Shown piece by piece: positions 9,505-19,982 of a DNA stretch of 64,000 bases. The notes beneath the pieces were generated by a model. It was not told the origin of the DNA, searched no databases, and saw only the letters and a program-made list of their open reading frames with translations. A program made the position numbers and the translations under genes. Position 1 is the first letter of the stretch. Each line of letters starts with the position of its first letter. Origin of the DNA: an uncultured Phycisphaerales bacterium (GTDB lineage Bacteria; Planctomycetota; Phycisphaerae; Tepidisphaerales; Tepidisphaeraceae); assembly GCA_963755915.1 (NCBI GenBank), contig CAVWLP010000002.1, positions 352,001 through 416,000 on the forward strand, read 5' to 3'.

Positions 9505-10716
9505 CTAGTCCCTGATTTCCTGCCACAACTTACTCTGCACGATCTGAAACTGGGCGAAGCTGTCATTCAGATGTCCCATCATCCGCTTCACCTGGTCCGG
9601 ATCGGCGTTGGGGTCCTTCAAAACATCGCGCAATGAAGTGGCCGCGTCGTCCAGTTGATTCGCCCCCTCGGCAAACTGGCGGACGGAGTCATATATATTC
9701 AGATTCGCCACTTCCCCTTCCTTGGGCTGATAGAGCAGGCGCCAGGGACTGTGGCGGATTTCCAGGCTGGCGTCTTTCAGGTTGTCGCTGGTCGACTTGA
9801 GCCCTGCGATAATCGCGTTCAATTTCCCGCGGTTGTCGGTCAGGACAGAATTCAGCGTTCCGGTGGCGGATTTCAGATTCTTGGCCGTCGCCTGGACATC
9901 GACCATCGCGCTGCTGGCCCGGTCGATCACCACGCCGGCCTTGCCCAGAACCGCGTCGAGCTTCTGCACCACCTCGGGCAACTGCACCTTCAGATCGCCG
10001 GTGATGCGATTCAGATTCGCCACCGTCTGGTGGAAATCGCGGCTGGAAGGCCCGACGAAATCGCGGATGGCATCGAGCATTCGATCGGCCGCGGTGACGA
10101 CGGTTTCGTACCGGTCGATGATTTCCGGAATCCGCACCCGCAGGTTCTGGATCGTGGAGGTTGCTTCCATTCCGGTCGTCGTGAATGAATCGGATGTGTT
10201 GCCGAGCTTATCCAGGTCGGTGTTCAGCTTGACGGATGCAACCTTGACGTTGTCGACGATCGTCTTGATGTCCGGCTTAAGCGCCGCAAGCTGGTGCAGC
10301 AGTCCGCCAAGCTGGTCGGGCTGGCCCGCGATATATTCGTTGCTGGCAAGCGCCGGGCCGGTTCCGAATCCCTCGACGTTGATCGAGGAGGATCCCGTCA
10401 ACCCGCGCTGGACGCTCACGGCCGCGTTTTTGGTCAGGACATATTTCGACGGGATATCGATCAGCACGACCACCAACCCTCGCTCCGGATCGATCTCAAT
10501 ATCGCGCACGTTGCCGACTTTCACCCCGCCGATGCGCACATCATCCCCCGCCCGCAGGCCGCCCACATCCGCTTTCAGATCAAAGGCCACGGCATAGGTC
10601 GTGAACGATTGGGTAAATCTCCCCGCCCCGCTGATGGTGACGATGACGAAGATGATCAGCGCCAAGCTGACGATCATGAAGACTCCCGCCCGAAGCGAAT
10701 TGCGTTGCTTGGCCAT
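9505..10716 (-). CDS. mlaD: MlaD/MCE family protein with long helical domain
   Basis: N-terminal TM; GLRAGDDVRIGGVKVGNV MCE motif; C-terminal IRHSPWRLL. Confidence 0.88.
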   Translation of the reverse strand: MAKQRNSLRAGVFMIVSLALIIFVIVTISGAGRFTQSFTTYAVAFDLKADVGGLRAGDDVRIGGVKVGNVRDIEIDPERGLVVVLIDIPSKYVLTKNAAVSVQRGLTGSSSINVEGFGTGPALASNEYIAGQPDQLGGLLHQLAALKPDIKTIVDNVKVASVKLNTDLDKLGNTSDSFTTTGMEATSTIQNLRVRIPEIIDRYETVVTAADRMLDAIRDFVGPSSRDFHQTVANLNRITGDLKVQLPEVVQKLDAVLGKAGVVIDRASSAMVDVQATAKNLKSATGTLNSVLTDNRGKLNAIIAGLKSTSDNLKDASLEIRHSPWRLLYQPKEGEVANLNIYDSVRQFAEGANQLDDAATSLRDVLKDPNADPDQVKRMMGHLNDSFAQFQIVQSKLWQEIRD

Positions 10717-10718
10717 AA

Positions 10719-11529
10719 TCAAATCCTTTCCGGCAAACCCAGCAGGTCCTCTTCATACCCCCCGGCCAGCCGGCGGTCCGTCAGCGGACCCTTGGCCAGC
10801 CCAAATACAAACTGATGCACCAGCGGATCGGGATTGGTCGCGCATCTGCTCTCCGGTTCCGTCAGCGATGAATTTGCCGCGGTCCAGCAGCACCATCCGG
10901 TCGGCGATGCGAAACGCCGAATCCATCTCGTGCGTCACCACCACGCTGGTCACTCCCAGCTTTTTGTTCAGGTCCATGATGAGCTGATCGATCTCCGCGC
11001 TGGTCACCGGATCGAGCCCCGCCGACGGCTCATCGTAAAAAAGCACCTTCGGATCAAGCGCAATCGCCCGCGCCAGCCCCGCGCGCTTTTTCATTCCGCC
11101 GGAAAGCATCGATGGCATCTTGTCGGCATGCTGGCGAAGCCCCACCAGCTCCAGCTTGATCTTCACCATGATGTCGATCGTCTCTTCCGCCAGGTCGGTG
11201 TGCTCCCGCAGCGGCAGGGCGACGTTGTCGGCGATGCTCATCGAATTAAAAAGCGCCCCGCTCTGGAAAAGGACGCCCACCGATTTGCGGTAATCATCCA
11301 GCTCCGTTTCGCTCATCTGTTTCAGGCTTTCGCCGAAGGCGATGATATCCCCCGCATCCGGCATGATGTTTCCGATCATCAGGCGCAGCAGCGTCGATTT
11401 GCCTGACCCCGACCCGCCGAGGATCACCAGCGTCTCACCGCGAAAGACGTCGAGGCGGATGGCGTCGAGCACGCCACGACCGTCGAACTTCTTGCTGGCG
11501 TTCATGACCTGGATGACCGCATCGGCCAT
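10719..11529 (-). CDS. mlaF: MlaF-like ABC ATP-binding protein; frameshift near the C-terminus (~10830)
   Basis: GGSGSGKS, FQSGALFNS, LSGGMKKRAGLARA, DEPSAGLDP, VTHEM. Confidence 0.92.
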
Positions 11530-11532
11530 GGC

Positions 11533-12345
11533 TCACCAACCCAAAAAGTAGAAGACGCCGGTGAAAATAAGATCGACGGTAATGAGTGCGACGATCGTGT
11601 AGACGACGGTTCGGGTCGTCGCCACGCCGACGCCCTGCGCCCCGCCGGTGACACCCAATCCCAGCCGGCAGGCCAGCGCGCTGATGAGCACGCCAAAGAC
11701 CCCTGCCTTTATCAATCCCGTAATGAAGTCCTTCAGCTTCAGGGCATCGAAGCTGTGATGAAAATACTGCGTCGCACTGGTCCCCAGAAATGTGTTCGAC
11801 GTAGCCAGCCCCCCTATCCCGCCGGCAAAATCACCGACCACGCAGATGCAGACCATCATGATCGTCGTCGCCAAAACGCGCGGCACCACAAGAAACCGCA
11901 CCGGATCAATCGCCTCCGCTTCCAGGGCTTCGATCTCCTCCGAAACCACCATCGTTCCCAGCTCCGCGGCGATCGACGCGCCGGCAAATCCCGTCAGCAC
12001 AATCGCCGAAACCAGCGGCCCCAGCTTGCGCCCCACCGCGATGGAAATGATGTCCGCAACCCTGTCCGCCGCGCCGTACTGCTTGAGGATCGGCGCCATC
12101 TGAAGCGAGAGGATCGCCCCGATGCAGAACAAGACCAGGCAAACGATTGGAATGCTGCGGACCCCCACACGGTTCATCTGCGCCCAGAGATTATCCCACC
12201 CGAGCCGGCGGCCCTGCTTGTGAAAAAGGGAGCGTCGAAATCCCCGCGCCACGTCGCCGACGAGGTAGGTCAGGTCCCCCAGAAACCGGAAGAACCCGGC
12301 CGTTGAGTTCACCACCAGCGCCAGCGGTCGCAGAACGACGTTCAT
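11533..12345 (-). CDS. mlaE: MlaE-like ABC permease
   Basis: LGPLVSAIVLTG, AAELGTMVVSEEIEAL, DPVRFLVVPRV, GAQGVGVATT. Confidence 0.92.
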   Translation of the reverse strand: MNVVLRPLALVVNSTAGFFRFLGDLTYLVGDVARGFRRSLFHKQGRRLGWDNLWAQMNRVGVRSIPIVCLVLFCIGAILSLQMAPILKQYGAADRVADIISIAVGRKLGPLVSAIVLTGFAGASIAAELGTMVVSEEIEALEAEAIDPVRFLVVPRVLATTIMMVCICVVGDFAGGIGGLATSNTFLGTSATQYFHHSFDALKLKDFITGLIKAGVFGVLISALACRLGLGVTGGAQGVGVATTRTVVYTIVALITVDLIFTGVFYFLGW

Positions 12346-12707
12346 AACGCCAGCGCCTGCTGCTCATCGGCCGCGAGGACGAACACCGAATCCAGGCGTG
12401 CGATCTCCAGCAGTCCCTTCACCCGCGGCTGAAGCCCGACGAGCATCACCTTCCCGCCGCTGGGCCGCAATTTCTGGAGTGCTTCAACCAGCACCGCCAC
12501 GGCGCTGCTGTCCATGTACGGCACCTGGGCAAGATTGAGGATCAGCCGCTTGGGAATCGGCGAAGAGATCATCGAGAGGATCGCCGTCCGCAGTTCCGGG
12601 CTGTTGTGAAGATCGATCTCCCCCCGCGCCTCGGCAATCACCGCGTCCCCCTGCCTGCGCGGGGCGGAAACGACATCCATATTCGGCTTGGACTGCGACA
12701 TGTTCAC
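12342..12707 (-). CDS. STAS-domain anti-sigma factor antagonist
   Basis: GEIDLHNSPELR, LNLAQVPYMDSSAV (phosphoacceptor Ser motif), LLEIARL. Confidence 0.9.
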   Translation of the reverse strand: MNMSQSKPNMDVVSAPRRQGDAVIAEARGEIDLHNSPELRTAILSMISSPIPKRLILNLAQVPYMDSSAVAVLVEALQKLRPSGGKVMLVGLQPRVKGLLEIARLDSVFVLAADEQQALAL

Positions 12708-13102
12708 ACCAGTTTCTTCACCATTGTAAGCAGCATGCCGTCCGGCAGGCGCTCGAATTTTACATCATCCATTAATTTCCGGATGCAAACCATTCCCAGC
12801 CCGCCCGGCGACAGCTCGCCGTCAACTTTCCGCTTGATCGAGGCAGGATCAAACGGCTTGCCCCAGTCGCGGATCACCAGGCGAACCTCTCCATTGCCCT
12901 CTTCCGCGGTGACCAGAATCGGCCGGTCGACCGCCCCCTCGTATCCATGCCGCATGACGTTCGCCAGCGCTTCGTTCAGGACGAGCCCGAGGTCCCCCGC
13001 CCGCGGTTCGGTCATGCCGGCCGACATGGCAAAGTCCTCCAGCTCCTTGCGCACCGAGCGGAGGTTAGCCGGGTGGCTCTCGATTTTCCATTGCCGGGTC
13101 AT
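12704..13102 (-). CDS. RsbW/SpoIIAB-like anti-sigma factor Ser kinase (HATPase_c)
   Basis: LNEALANVMRHGY, IRDWGKPFDP, GGLGMVCIRKLMD. Confidence 0.9.
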   Translation of the reverse strand: MTRQWKIESHPANLRSVRKELEDFAMSAGMTEPRAGDLGLVLNEALANVMRHGYEGAVDRPILVTAEEGNGEVRLVIRDWGKPFDPASIKRKVDGELSPGGLGMVCIRKLMDDVKFERLPDGMLLTMVKKLV

Positions 13103-13422
13103 TGCGGGTGTTTGTTTAGCCATTGGTACCAGCGGGCGATCGCGGCTTTGCGATCGGTTTCACAAGCATAATAACAATATCCCATATCCGCTCCGGTGAT
13201 TCGTGTGAGCGCCGAATTTGCCGAAAATCGCACCGCCGAATCGTTGCTGCCCAGAAGCGCGATCAGCCGCGGGACAGCGCGATGGTCCTTGTTTGCCGCG
13301 GCCGTCTTAATCGCCGGAATCACCGTCGGCGCGGAATCACTCCACAGCGAGGGAGGGTCGGGAGAAAAACACCCTCCCACCAAACACACGGCGAGAATCA
13401 AGATGCCGGTTTTACAGTTCAT
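13099..13422 (-). CDS. HEAT-repeat lipoprotein
   Basis: Lipobox-like LVGGC; AVPRLIALLGSNDSAVRFSA..L.RITG. Confidence 0.75.
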   Translation of the reverse strand: MNCKTGILILAVCLVGGCFSPDPPSLWSDSAPTVIPAIKTAAANKDHRAVPRLIALLGSNDSAVRFSANSALTRITGADMGYCYYACETDRKAAIARWYQWLNKHPQ

Positions 13423-14040
13423 TTCAATCCGGCAGAGCCGTGCGCACATATCGTCGTGATTCCGACGATTGGTATAAAACATCCGTATTATAAGCGGAGG
13501 GAGTGTACCAAGGCAGCGCTTATCGGACTTTCAATCGCTGAATCTCCATATTTGGCGACCGGGACGGGTTCCCCGTAAGTCCCTGTCAGTCTGCTCTTTG
13601 TGATCCCCACACCTGCCCCGCCTTTTCATTCCGCATTTGGCAATCGGCAATCGGCATTTGCGTGAGCGTTACATGGACTGCACGTAGATGATCAATTCAA
13701 CTTTCGCCGCCGCCGGCTCAGTACGCCCACAGTGGGTGGGAATCGTCACATCCTTCGCGCGGGGCGTTTTTCGTCGCGGTAAAATTCAGATGATGGGAAT
13801 CGATTTGCTCGACATTTTCCCGTTTGCTTTCGTCATTGCTGTGGTTTGGAGATTTTCCGTTGTAGCTCTGTGGCACCTAATTACGGCGATTATGCATCGT
13901 GACTGAAGAGCATCGCCGCCGGCGAAAAAGTGACCTGGAGAATTCGAATGAGCCGGGAACTCCCAACCCCTTTGAATTCTCTCCGCGCACAGCAAGCAGC
14001 CTGAACATATCCGCGCCCCACGCACATTTTTGCGATTGCG

Positions 14041-14529
14041 GTGCTTCGCTATGGCGAGATAACCTACGTTATCGTGGATTTAGGGGACGACACAAGTTCG
14101 CCTCCGCCTGAACCGCCAATCGGTCGCACCTGGCGGCTGCTTGTCTGCGACGATTCCCCCATTGAAAGCCTCGCCGTCGCCCATTACCTGCGCGGCAACG
14201 GCTACACCGTCGAGGTCTCGATGGATGCAGAGTCCGCCGTCGAGCTCCTCCAGCACCGCCCAATCGACCTCCTGATCCTCGATCTGCAAATGCCCGGCAA
14301 GGATGGCTTCTTTGTGTTGACGTACCTGCAAAAAAATCGCCCGGGATTGCCCGTGATCCTGCTTTCAGGAATGCCCATCGACGAAATCCAGGAACACATT
14401 CATCAGCTCCCCTCGCGCGAGCTTCCGCCGCTCCTGTTGAAGCCTGTCGATCCGATTCAGTTGCTTGAGCTGATCGCCATGCACCTGGCCGGCGAGCTTC
14501 CGGCTTTTCCGCCTTTTGAAGACAAGTAG
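14041..14529 (+). CDS. Single-domain response regulator
   Basis: LLVCDDS, LLILDLQMPGKDG, LSG, LLKPV; the start codon is uncertain. Confidence 0.85.
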   Translation: MLRYGEITYVIVDLGDDTSSPPPEPPIGRTWRLLVCDDSPIESLAVAHYLRGNGYTVEVSMDAESAVELLQHRPIDLLILDLQMPGKDGFFVLTYLQKNRPGLPVILLSGMPIDEIQEHIHQLPSRELPPLLLKPVDPIQLLELIAMHLAGELPAFPPFEDK

Positions 14530-14573
14530 GAAACTCTTAGGGGTCTGGAGAGCCGGGTCGCTCGCGATCCTTT

Positions 14574-14792
14574 AATCGTAACAACAGTTTATTCGTCGGC
14601 AACGAGCGCGGCGGCCAAACCGCGGCGATCCTGTCGAGCCTGACCAGCACGTGCCGTCGGCACAGCATCGATCCTCAGCGTTATCTGACTCAGTTGATGT
14701 CGAATTTGCCGGCCGCGCCGATCAGCCAACTTGAGCAATGGTTGCCGGACCACTGGATGCGGCGAAATCCGCAGCGTTCGGGTAAGGTCTGA
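14574..14792 (+). mobile_element. IS66-family transposase (TnpC) C-terminal remnant
   Basis: Translates without a start codon as NRNNSLFVGNERGGQTAAILSSLTSTCRRHSIDPQRYLTQLM..WLPDHW, typical of the IS66 TnpC C-terminus. Confidence 0.82.
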
Positions 14793-14800
14793 GCGTCGTC

Positions 14801-15600
14801 ATGCTCAACGATTTCGAACAGCTGGTCCACGACGCACTGCACGCGAACTTTTCCGGCTGGGATTTTGCGTTCCTAGACGAACGGTTGGTCGAGGATCCGC
14901 TCCCGTGGGACTACTTGCAGCGAGTTCGGCAACAGATCTCCACTGCCACCGCGATGCTCGATCTCTGCACTGGTGGCGGTGAGCGCCTAGCTAACCTTGC
15001 CCCATTGCCGCGACTTACCATCGCCACTGAGTCCTACAAACCCAACGTGCTAGTCGCTTCGCGCCGCCTGCGCAAGCTTGGTGCGGTTGTAGTTCATGTC
15101 GATCAAGAAACCCAAAATTTGCATGGACCGTCGGGTGGTCAGGGTGGCCCATATCCCCAAAGGCGTCTTCCGTTTGTAGACTCGTTCTTCGATCTAGTCA
15201 CCTGCCGGCACGGCTCTTACTCATCCGAGGAAGTTGCTCGCCTGCTTCGACCGGGCGGAACATTCATCGCGCAACTCGTTGGAGAAGACAATTATCCCCA
15301 CCTAAACAGCCGCCTTCACGGCCCGCGCACCGTATGGAATCCACCGGGTAGCGCAAAGCCGCCAACACTGGAGGAATTTGGACTCGAGGTGCTTGAGCGT
15401 CAGGAAGCCAAGCCGCAGTCCATCTTCAAGGACATCGGAGCGATAGTCTATTATCTTAAAGCCGTCCCCTGGCAAATTGCCGACTTCGATGTTGAACATT
15501 ATCTCGATCGTCTTCGCCGTCTTTACGAGGAAATGCAGAATACCTGTGGGTTGCGAACGCACTACCACCGTCGTTTCGTCGTGGCGCAAGAGATGAGCGG
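14801..15600 (+). CDS. Class I SAM-dependent methyltransferase (3' end uncertain; the ORF runs on to 16051)
   Basis: FSGWDF, MLDLCTGGGE, LPFVDSFFDLV, LLRPGGTF, YLKAVPWQI. Confidence 0.85.
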
Positions 15601-15736
15601 GCTGGCCGGTTGGTCCCCGACGATCTGGTGCGGCTGTTCCGCTTCCGGGCGCTGCGGTTTATTCATGCCGGGCCAGCATGCCGACTCTCGGCGAAAGGAA
15701 AAAGATGTGCTCTACATACCGGACACGCATTTGCCT

Positions 15737-16745
15737 TCACGCCGCCTGCGTCGCGTTCTTCGCCGTTGCCGGTGCGGCTGCACGATGATGAGTCTTCGCC
15801 TCGTACAGGCGCTCGTCGGCCTTTTTGAGAAGATTTGCCGCGGTCGGCTCCGAAAGCTCGGTAATCGCACACACCCCGATCGAAAGCCGCGGCTTGCGCG
15901 ACTTTGTATGTCTCCACCAGCGAATGCACCAGCGATTGCAGCCTCGCCCCCGCTTTTCGAGCCACCGCCGGCTCGCAGCCCGGCAGCAAAATCGCGAACT
16001 CGTCGCCGCCATATCGGCAGCCAAAATCGCTCTCGCGGATCGTGCTGGTGATGATCTGACCTATCGACTTCAGCAGCTCGTCACCCGCCGGATGGCCCAG
16101 CGTGTCGTTCAGCGCCTTGAAGTGATCCACATCGATCATCATCAGGGAAATCTGCTTGTGCTCCGTGGCACAGTGGGCGATGAGCTGCGGCAGAAGCTGA
16201 TCCAGCATCCGCCGGTTGAACAGCCCCGTCACCGGATCGCGAACCACCTGGTTTCGCAAGGTCGCGATCGTTCGCTCCAGCACCGACGTGCGGTTGGCAA
16301 TTCGCTGATGCACTTCCTGCTGCAGCTCGCTCACCGCCTGCCGCTGGTGGCGAAGCTCGTGCAACATGAGTTTCACTTCTTCCGAAAGCTCCCGCAGCGC
16401 GCCGGGCTTGTACTTGGCGAATTCTTCGATCAGCGCGCGCCCCATGCGGATTTCGTGGATGAGCCGGCGCATGTTATCGCTGGGCATCACCCACTGTTTC
16501 CGATGCCGCAGCGCCATGGCGACCGCCATGCAGATCGCCGCCGCCGCCAGCACCACCCGCAGCACCTTGTCGGCGCTGTCGGCCATCACCAGCGGAAGAA
16601 GCTTGGCAATCACCCCCACCGCCGCCACCCCTCCGGCCATGAGAAGCGCGGGCGCCAGCGTCATTTTCAGAAGATTTTTGCTCGGAGCGGCCGCATTATC
16701 GGCCGGTTCGGGCAGCGCAGGCGCAACGCTTTGGGACGGCTCCAT
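15737..16745 (-). CDS. Membrane-bound diguanylate cyclase; frameshift ~15890
   Basis: Two TM helices; DPVTGLFNRR, DVDHFKALNDTLGH, RYGGDEF; C-terminus SIGV..ADERLYEAK in another frame. Confidence 0.9.
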
Positions 16746-16906
16746 CTGTCGTACCTCCGCCCTCGTAATCGGCCGTTAATCCTTTCCGGTGGAGTCGAAA
16801 ATGCCGCTCTCCGTTAAATCTCCCCTAATCCGCAAAGTCCCACTTCAACCCCCCATTTCAATCGCCGATATAACGGTGGATTCGCCATCAATTTGGGACG
16901 TGTGCA

Positions 16907-18327
16907 ATGGGCCAGATGGAATATGATTTGGCAGTAATCGGTTCCGGACCCGCCGGGCAAAAAGCCGCTCTCAACGCGGCCAAACTCGGCAAGTCCGTCG
17001 CCGTCATCGAACGCACCGAAAGCCTCGGCGGGGTCTGCATCCACACCGGCACCGTCCCCTCAAAAGCCATTCGCGAAGCGGTCCTTCATCTCACCGGATT
17101 GCGCGAACGCTCCGTCTACGGCTCCAGCTATGCCGTCAAGCACGACATCCACATGTCCGACCTCCTCTACCGCGCCGACCATGTCGTGCGCACCGAGGTG
17201 GAAGTCATCAGCAGCCAGATGGAACGCAACGGCATCTCCCTGATGTTCGGCTCCGCCTCCTTCGTCGATCCGCACACGCTCAACGTCGTTCGCGGCGATC
17301 AAAACACTCAACTGCACGCCAAGTTTATTCTCGTCGCCGTCGGAACCGTCCCCGCGCGCCCAGCCAGGTTCCGTTTACGCCCGGCATCGTCATCGACAGC
17401 ACCGACCTGCTCACGCTGAAGGAACTCCCCCGAAGCATGATCATCGTCGGCGGCGGTGTCATCGGAACGGAATATGCCTGCATGCTCGCCGCCTGCGGCG
17501 TGCGCGTCACCCTCATCGAATCGCGCCCGCGCCTGCTCGAATTCGTCGACGACGAGCTGGCCGAAAATCTCCAGTTCCGCCTCCGCGACATGGGAATCCG
17601 CCTCCGCCTCGGTGAATCCGTCTCCTCCATCGAAGTCATCGAGGGCCATGTCCGCGCCACCCTCGCCAGCAGCAAAATAATCCCCGCCGACTCTCTCATG
17701 TATTGCATCGGCCGCCAGGGGGCGACGGATGCGCTCAACCTCACCGCCGCCGGCTTGCAGGCCGACAACCGCGGCCGGTTGAAGGTCAACGAATCTCTCC
17801 AGACCGCCGTCCCGCACATTTACGCCGCCGGCGACGTGATCGGATTCCCCGCCCTGGCATCGACGAGCATGGAGCAGGGACGCCTGGCAAGCTGCCACAT
17901 GTTCCACGTCCTGGCCAATTCGACCAGCGCCCTTTTCCCGTACGGAATCTACACCATCCCCGAAATGAGCATGGTCGGCCAAAGCGAGCAGCAGCTCACG
18001 CAGCAAAACATCCCCTACGAAGTCGGCCTGGCCCGCTACCGCGAGATCGCCCGCGGGCAACTGATCGCCGACCCCAACGGCCTGCTCAAGCTCCTCTTCC
18101 ACGCCGAAAGCCACCGCCTCCTTGGCTGCCACGCCATCGGCACCGGAGCGACGGAACTGATCCACATCGGCCAGACCGTCATGGCCGCGGGTATGTCCAT
18201 CGAATATTTCGTCGACACCGTCTTCAATTACCCCACGCTGGCCGAATGCTACAAAGTCGCGGCCCTGGATGGACTGAATCGGGTCCGCGCGACGCCGGTG
18301 ATCGAGTTACAAGCCACCGCCGCCTGA
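16907..18327 (+). CDS. sthA: Soluble pyridine nucleotide transhydrogenase; frameshift ~17365
   Basis: IGSGPAG, GGVCIHTGTVPSK (second Cys absent), GDVIGFPALASTSMEQGR, VFNYPTLAECYKVAA. Confidence 0.9.
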
Positions 18328-18341
18328 AACTCAGCGTTTCT

Positions 18342-18369
18342 CCCCTCTCCTGGTACTCCGGGAGAGGGG
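18342..18369. repeat. REP-like hairpin (CCCCTCTCCTGGTACTCCGGGAGAGGGG)
   Basis: Imperfect palindrome; same family as 24812-24852 and 57171-57214. Confidence 0.7.
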
Positions 18370-18422
18370 GCAAACAATGGCCGGCCTTTATTGCAGTAGC
18401 GAAATCTCTTAAAATCCAGTCC

Positions 18423-18995
18423 ATGCGCCACGTGATTTCCGCCTTAGTCGTCAACGAACCCGGCGTCCTCGCCAACGTCGCCAGCATGTTTGCCGCCCGC
18501 GGCTTCAACATCGATTCACTCGTCGTCGGCCGCACAGAGGACCCCAAAACCTCCCGGATGACGATCGTCGTCGAAGCCGATGAAAACACCCTCGAGCAGG
18601 TGCGCAAACAGCTCGCCAAGCTCGTTCCCGTAACCCAGGTCAAAGACTACAAAGGCACCGCCTACATCGAGCGCGACCTGGCCCTGCTCACCGTCGGCGC
18701 CGGCCAGGCCAGCCGCCACGAGGTCATCGAAATCGTCAATCTCTTCCGCGGAAAAGTCGTCGACGTCGCCCGCGAGAGCCTCATGGTCGAACTCTCCGGC
18801 ACCGAGGAAAAAATCGAAAAATTCATCGAGCTGATGAAACCCTACGGCATCCGCGAACTCGCCCGCACGGGTGTCATCGCCATGATGCGCGGAATGCAGA
18901 TCGCCAAGGAAGTCGAAATAGCCCCGGCGCCAGGCAGCGCAAAGAGAAAGCGAAGCATTGATGCCCCGCCGACGGCTGCTCTGCCGCCGAGCTAG
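18423..18995 (+). CDS. ilvN: Acetolactate synthase small (regulatory) subunit
   Basis: MRHVISALVVNEPGVL..FAARGFNIDSL, SRMTI, ELARTG. Confidence 0.95.
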   Translation: MRHVISALVVNEPGVLANVASMFAARGFNIDSLVVGRTEDPKTSRMTIVVEADENTLEQVRKQLAKLVPVTQVKDYKGTAYIERDLALLTVGAGQASRHEVIEIVNLFRGKVVDVARESLMVELSGTEEKIEKFIELMKPYGIRELARTGVIAMMRGMQIAKEVEIAPAPGSAKRKRSIDAPPTAALPPS

Positions 18996-19000
18996 GGGTG

Positions 19001-19122
19001 GAAATCCGAAGCCCGAAACCAGAATGACGAATCAAATTCGAATGACGAAATCCGAATGGCATTTAATTCGTCATTCGGTCATTCGGGTTTGATTCGTCAT
19101 TCTGGTTTCGGATTTCTGGTTT
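19001..19122. repeat. Heptamer-based long hairpin, copy 2
   Basis: CCGAAACCAGAATGACGAATCAAA...TTTGATTCGTCATTCTGGTTTCGG; lies between convergent genes. Confidence 0.85.
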
Positions 19123-19132
19123 AAGCGCAGCG

Positions 19133-19975
19133 TCACTCCCCCTTCCCCTCCGCCTTATCATCCGCATCATACGCCTGATCCGCGTTCTCCCCGCGCACTT
19201 CAATCCGTTCCATCGAGATCGCCCGCCCCGTCTCCGGATCGATCTCCGCCAGCGCTCCGCACATGCGCACGTCCGCCGTCGCGACCTCAAACGGATGCGG
19301 CATGTTCGTCGTCATGTGCTTCAGCACCCGGTCCTTCCTGCGCCCCAGCACCGAATCGTACGGCCCGCACATGCCCATGTCGGTGATCGCCGCGCTGCCG
19401 CCCGGCAGCACGCGGGCATCCGCCGTCGGGATGTGCGTGTGCGTGCCGACGATAATCGAGCATCGGCCATCCAGCCAATGCTCCATCGCCACTTTTTCGC
19501 TGGTGGCCTCCGCGTGCATATCGCAGACGCACACGCGAACGCTCTCCGGAATCTGCGCCAGAACTTCATCCGCCGCCGCGAAAGGATCGTTGGCCGGGAC
19601 GTTCATGTAAATCCGCCCCAGCAGACAAAACACCGCCACCTTAACGCCGGAATTGGTCGACACGACGGTATACCTTCGCCCCGCGGCTGAGGCGGCAAGG
19701 TTGGCCGGGCGGACGATCCGCTCGCTGCTCTGAAGCGTCGGGATGATATCGGCCTTGCGGTAAAGATGATCGCCGAGCGTCACCACATCCACGCCGTAGC
19801 TGCGGATTTTGTTGAAGAGATTGGCTGTGATCCCGCTGCCCCCCGCGACGTTCTCGGCGTTGGCGACCACCAGGTCGATGGCGCGTTCGCGAACCAGTGC
19901 CGGCAATTTCTGGTGCAGAATCTGCCGGCCGGGACGACCTACCACGTCGCCGAGGCACAGAATTCGAAGGGGCAT
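19133..19975 (-). CDS. YmdB-like (TIGR00282) metallophosphoesterase
   Basis: GDVVGRPG, ANAEN, TLGDH, RPAN, DMHAEATSEK, GTHTH, TDMGMCGP. Confidence 0.93.
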   Translation of the reverse strand: MPLRILCLGDVVGRPGRQILHQKLPALVRERAIDLVVANAENVAGGSGITANLFNKIRSYGVDVVTLGDHLYRKADIIPTLQSSERIVRPANLAASAAGRRYTVVSTNSGVKVAVFCLLGRIYMNVPANDPFAAADEVLAQIPESVRVCVCDMHAEATSEKVAMEHWLDGRCSIIVGTHTHIPTADARVLPGGSAAITDMGMCGPYDSVLGRRKDRVLKHMTTNMPHPFEVATADVRMCGALAEIDPETGRAISMERIEVRGENADQAYDADDKAEGKGE

Positions 19976-19982
19976 ATTAGAA

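Noticed and set aside
13688..13906. 72-aa ORF with a hydrophobic stretch
   Set aside because: No recognisable homology or RBS; cannot be supported, though a small membrane peptide is possible
17703..18422. Long N-terminal extension of ilvN in the ORF track
   Set aside because: It is an alternative frame over sthA; the conserved IlvN sequence begins at 18423
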